From Candidatus Kuenenia stuttgartensis (GTDB taxonomy: Bacteria > Planctomycetota > GCA-002687715 > CAIWVZ01), in contig CAMARR010000009.1 in the NCBI GenBank assembly GCA_945860915.1, positions 41,034-105,033 on the forward strand: a DNA stretch of 64,000 nucleotides. Direction: 5' to 3'. Position numbers and translations under genes: made by a program. Every line of letters starts with the position of its first letter. Positions within the stretch are counted from its first letter, which is position 1. Shown here piece by piece: positions 63,050 through 64,000 of this stretch. The notes beneath the pieces are model-generated. The model had not been told where the DNA came from. It ran no database searches and worked only from the letters and a program-made list of their open reading frames with translations.

Positions 63050-63217
63050 ATGCGGTTTTACCTTGGAAGAGGTCTACAAGTCCTAGGACTCCTCCTGACG
63101 GGTTACGCTGTCGCCATGGCGTTTGTTGACATGCGGATGAGCGAGGGATCCATGTTCCTTTTCGGATTTGGTGGGCTCGCGGTCTTCGTGGTCGGCACCA
63201 AGATCCTAGGCGGATGA
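63050..63217 (+). CDS. 55-aa two-helix membrane peptide (hypothetical)
   Basis: Below the track cutoff. My translation is MRFYLGRGLQVLGLLLTGYAVAMAFVDMRMSEGSMFLFGFGGLAVFVVGTKILGG. It starts 17 nt after the ABC stop, and its stop overlaps the next ATG (ATGA). Confidence 0.4.
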   Translation: MRFYLGRGLQVLGLLLTGYAVAMAFVDMRMSEGSMFLFGFGGLAVFVVGTKILGG

Positions 63218-64000
63218 CTCACCCGCCACCATCCGCGCGCGAACGGACCGCCTGGTGCCTATTCGATTTCGCGAATTCATCATTTACGACGGTCATTATC
63301 ACCGTCGTGTTTGGCCGCGTGTTCGTGGACTCTATTGCGCGTGATCACCCCAATCCGAATATGTTGTGGGCCGTTTCCATTGCCGTCGCGAATCTGATCT
63401 CCCTTGTCGTCGGCCCGGTGCTCGGGACATGGGTAGACGCGGGGATGGGCAAGAGACGCCCCCTGCTGTTCTCATGGGCTGCCTGCTGCGTCCTCACGGC
63501 CGCGCTTGGGTGTTTCGGCGAGGGCGACGCAACTCTCGCAATCATCGTCGTCACGGCCGCGAACCTCGCGTTCTGTCTTGGCGAAAATTTAATCGCCTCG
63601 TTTCTTCCCGAGCTCGCGCCTCCCGACAAGATCGGCCGGCTTTCGGCACGTGGATGGGCGACGGGCTACGTCGGTGGGCTCTTGGCGCTCCTTCTCGCGC
63701 TATTCCTCGTGCGCGACTCCCGCGTTGCATGGGTGCCTGCCGCGACGGCACTCTTCTTCTTCATCGGCGGCCTTCCGACCGCGATTTTCCTGCGCGACCG
63801 CGGTCGCGTCTCCCAAGGGCCGTTGCCCAGAATCAGCGCGGCCTTCGATGGGCTTCGGAAGACCTGGCGCGACCGAAAGCAGTATCCGGACCTAGGCATC
63901 CTTCTGCTCACACTTTTTCTGGTGCAAGGTGGGGTCTCCCTCGTCATCGGATTTTCCGCTCTTTTCGCGCGCGACGCCATCAACATGGGCAACGAAGAGG
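63214..64000 (+). CDS. MFS transporter, UMF1/Atg22-like family (N-terminal part; continues beyond right edge)
   Basis: Not in the track (no stop in the window). My translation is MTHPPPSARERTAWCLFDFANSSFTTVIITVVFGRVF...GPVLGTWVDAGMGKRRPLL..., with no stop to position 64000. The WxLxDxANSxF motif and multiple TM helices are present. Confidence 0.75.
   Translation, partial: MTHPPPSARERTAWCLFDFANSSFTTVIITVVFGRVFVDSIARDHPNPNMLWAVSIAVANLISLVVGPVLGTWVDAGMGKRRPLLFSWAACCVLTAALGCFGEGDATLAIIVVTAANLAFCLGENLIASFLPELAPPDKIGRLSARGWATGYVGGLLALLLALFLVRDSRVAWVPAATALFFFIGGLPTAIFLRDRGRVSQGPLPRISAAFDGLRKTWRDRKQYPDLGILLLTLFLVQGGVSLVIGFSALFARDAINMGNEE

Overview
This is a 64-kb GC-rich (roughly 60% by eye) bacterial chromosomal segment that is almost entirely coding: about 50 protein genes and one tRNA. 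I saw no rRNA, CRISPR array, transposase, integrase or prophage. The backbone is housekeeping (purA, carA, tsaD, maf, rpsP, ffh, ruvA, rpmH, rho, gdh, typA, argS, speA, lpxK), interleaved with signalling and envelope genes. The gene content suggests a Gram-negative of the PVC/Planctomycetota type (inference, low confidence): an FHA-sigma54 activator, Ser/Thr-kinase-type sensors, a TPR protein with RpoA alpha-CTD-like domains, a GldG/DUF4340 ABC system, lipid A genes, and basic low-complexity tails on housekeeping proteins. Five real features are missing from the supplied ORF track and were found by reading the sequence: purA (runs off the left edge), rpmH (45 aa), tRNA-Leu(CAA), a 55-aa membrane peptide, and an MFS/UMF1-type transporter running off the right edge. 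Several track ORFs carry spurious N-terminal extensions or non-ATG first codons, and I give preferred starts for them. The best candidate for something undescribed is a tightly coupled minus-strand gene string (48742 down to 38471). In it, a 1942-aa tandem UvrA-UvrA fusion (a single-chain UvrA dimer with four ABC ATPase domains) is joined to an XPB/Rad25-type helicase, its large helicase-associated partner and a B12-binding-domain-like protein. No uvrB or uvrC is nearby. This string lies directly downstream of a near-contiguous trio of FHA-sigma54 activator, secreted HExxH protein and membrane Ser/Thr kinase. Other items worth a second look are a pseudokinase/degenerate-P-loop/PAS/His-kinase/receiver megasensor, Rho with an RGG/His-rich disordered N-terminus, a TPR protein with two alpha-CTD copies, a long-form GreA, an EndoIII-like Fe-S protein with a histone-like tail, and a perfect sigma54 consensus inside speA. 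All domain calls come from reading motifs in the translations; no database search or folding program was available.
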